64,000 nucleotides of DNA from Mobula hypostoma (Eukaryota): assembly GCF_963921235.1 (NCBI RefSeq), contig NC_086098.1:3658001-3722000 (forward strand). Direction: 5' to 3'. The position numbers were made by a program, and so were the translations under genes. Under the pieces are notes generated by a model. The model searched no databases, was not told the origin of the DNA, and saw only the letters and a program-made list of their open reading frames with translations. Shown in pieces: positions 62,530 to 64,000 of the stretch (position 1 is its first letter; each line of letters opens with the position of its first letter).

Positions 62530-63359
62530 AGTGAAATACATCATTTTGTGTCAACAATCAATACAGGATTGTGCTGGAGGCAGCCCACAAATGTCTTCAC
62601 ACCTCCAGCACCAACAGAGCATGTCAGCAAGTGACTGACCATTACCCGCACATCTTGGGATTGTGGGAGGAAATTGGAGTACCCAGAGGAGTCATTACAT
62701 TGTACAGGGCGCGCAATCTCACTCCTTCCAGTAGTTTCAATTCAAACTCCCAGTGAAATCGTCACTTGTATACTTTCTTCATGATTGCATCAATGTGTTG
62801 GGCCCAGGATCGAACCTCTGAGATGTTGATGCTCGGGGACTTGAAGCTGCTCACTCTTTCCATGGAGATCTGGTTATAGATATCTGGATATCTGATCTGA
62901 GTTCTCATGTTTTTCCGCAATTTTTCAGCTTTTTGCCAGTGTTATTATGACAATGTCAAGGTCATTTCCTTTTAGTCCAGATATTCAATGGGGCATTTCC
63001 ATGTACAAGACTCCTTTGTATACCTGACACAATTACTCCAACAGGAAACATGTAAGATTTTATTCCACAAGTGATGTTCCTCTTGGCCTACTGCAGATAA
63101 ACCTGGAACCACACCACAGGTGCTTCTTACTCCTGGGAATCGATACTCTTCTGACTGTTGGGTTAGGCTGTATCATTGTTACTTTCTTTAGAGTTTAACA
63201 ATTAATAGGATGCTATTATTATGTAACTATTCAATAAGTTTCCTGGTGGTCACAGCATGTATCTGCAACTGTTCAGTGCGTCTCCTGGTGGTTACATTTG
63301 TATGATTCTGGAAGCTTCTCTTGGCATCACGTTATATGAATAGGAGCAATCTGATTGGT

Positions 63360-64000
63360 TAACTCTTATCAAGAAATTTTTCAGTTATATAAAGAGTAAA
63401 AGGGAGGTGAGTGTTAATATTGCACCACTGGAAAATGATGCTGGTGAGGTAGTAATGGGGGACAAATAGATGGCAGATAAACTTAACAAGTACTTTGCCT
63501 CTGTCTTTACTGTGGACAACATTAGCTGTATGCCAGGTTTGTGAGTGTCTGGGAGCAGGAGTGAGTGCCAATGCCATTACAAAGGAAAAAAATGCTAGAC
63601 TAACTGAAAGGTCTTAAGGTGGATAAATCACCTGGACCAGGTGGACTTCATCTCAGAGTCCTGAGAGAGGCTGCTGAAAAGATAATGGATACATTGGTCA
63701 AGATCTTTCAAAAAATCACCTGATTCTGGCATGGTCCTGGAGGATTGGAAAATTGCAAATGTCACTCTACTCTTTAAGAAGGGAGGAAGGTAAAAGTGAG
63801 AAAATTATAGGCCAATTAGCCTGACCTCAGCAGTTGGGAAAGTTTTGGAGTCCATTATTAAGGATGAGGTTTCAGGGTACTTGGTGACTGATGATAAAAT
63901 AAGTCAAAGTCAGCATGGTTTCTGTCAAGGGAAATCTTGCCTGACAATCTGGTTGAAGTCTTCGAGGATGGACGAAGGAGAGGCAATGGATGTATTTTAC
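63360..64000 (+). mobile_element. CR1 ORF2 fragment running off the window
   Basis: Homologous to 14430-15070 (KSPGP, NYRPISLTS, SQHGF). Confidence 0.88.

Noticed and set aside
62865..63350. Unique stretch that may be a very old coding remnant
   Set aside because: No ORF of 60 aa or more and no diagnostic motif

Overview
Repeat-saturated vertebrate non-coding DNA (intron or intergenic). The repeat set suggests a cartilaginous fish such as a ray or shark (inference): HE1-like V-SINEs, abundant CR1 LINEs, Rex1/Babar LINEs and Penelope-like elements. I could not support any host protein-coding exon; essentially every long ORF is a transposon remnant. The window holds many CR1 copies (the longest at 6515-9945 keeps ORF1 esterase, APE and RT), Rex1/Babar fragments, a decayed two-LTR Sushi-like Ty3/Gypsy element (28028-33522, minus), Tc1 derivatives, a Tigger4/Zombi-like element and Penelope-like element (PLE) fragments, one with a GIY-YIG ORF. 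The most interesting signal is at the RNA level. Two short non-coding retroelements (4335-4923 and 48957-49386) begin at a sequence I can fold by hand into a complete HDV-like double-pseudoknot ribozyme; the first has an unusual extra hairpin in loop L3. A third element (10572-11110) looks like a dead version. At least two, possibly three, PLE families carry minimal hammerhead ribozyme cores, several in fold-back insertions. All folds and family names are by-eye calls; none was computed or database-checked.
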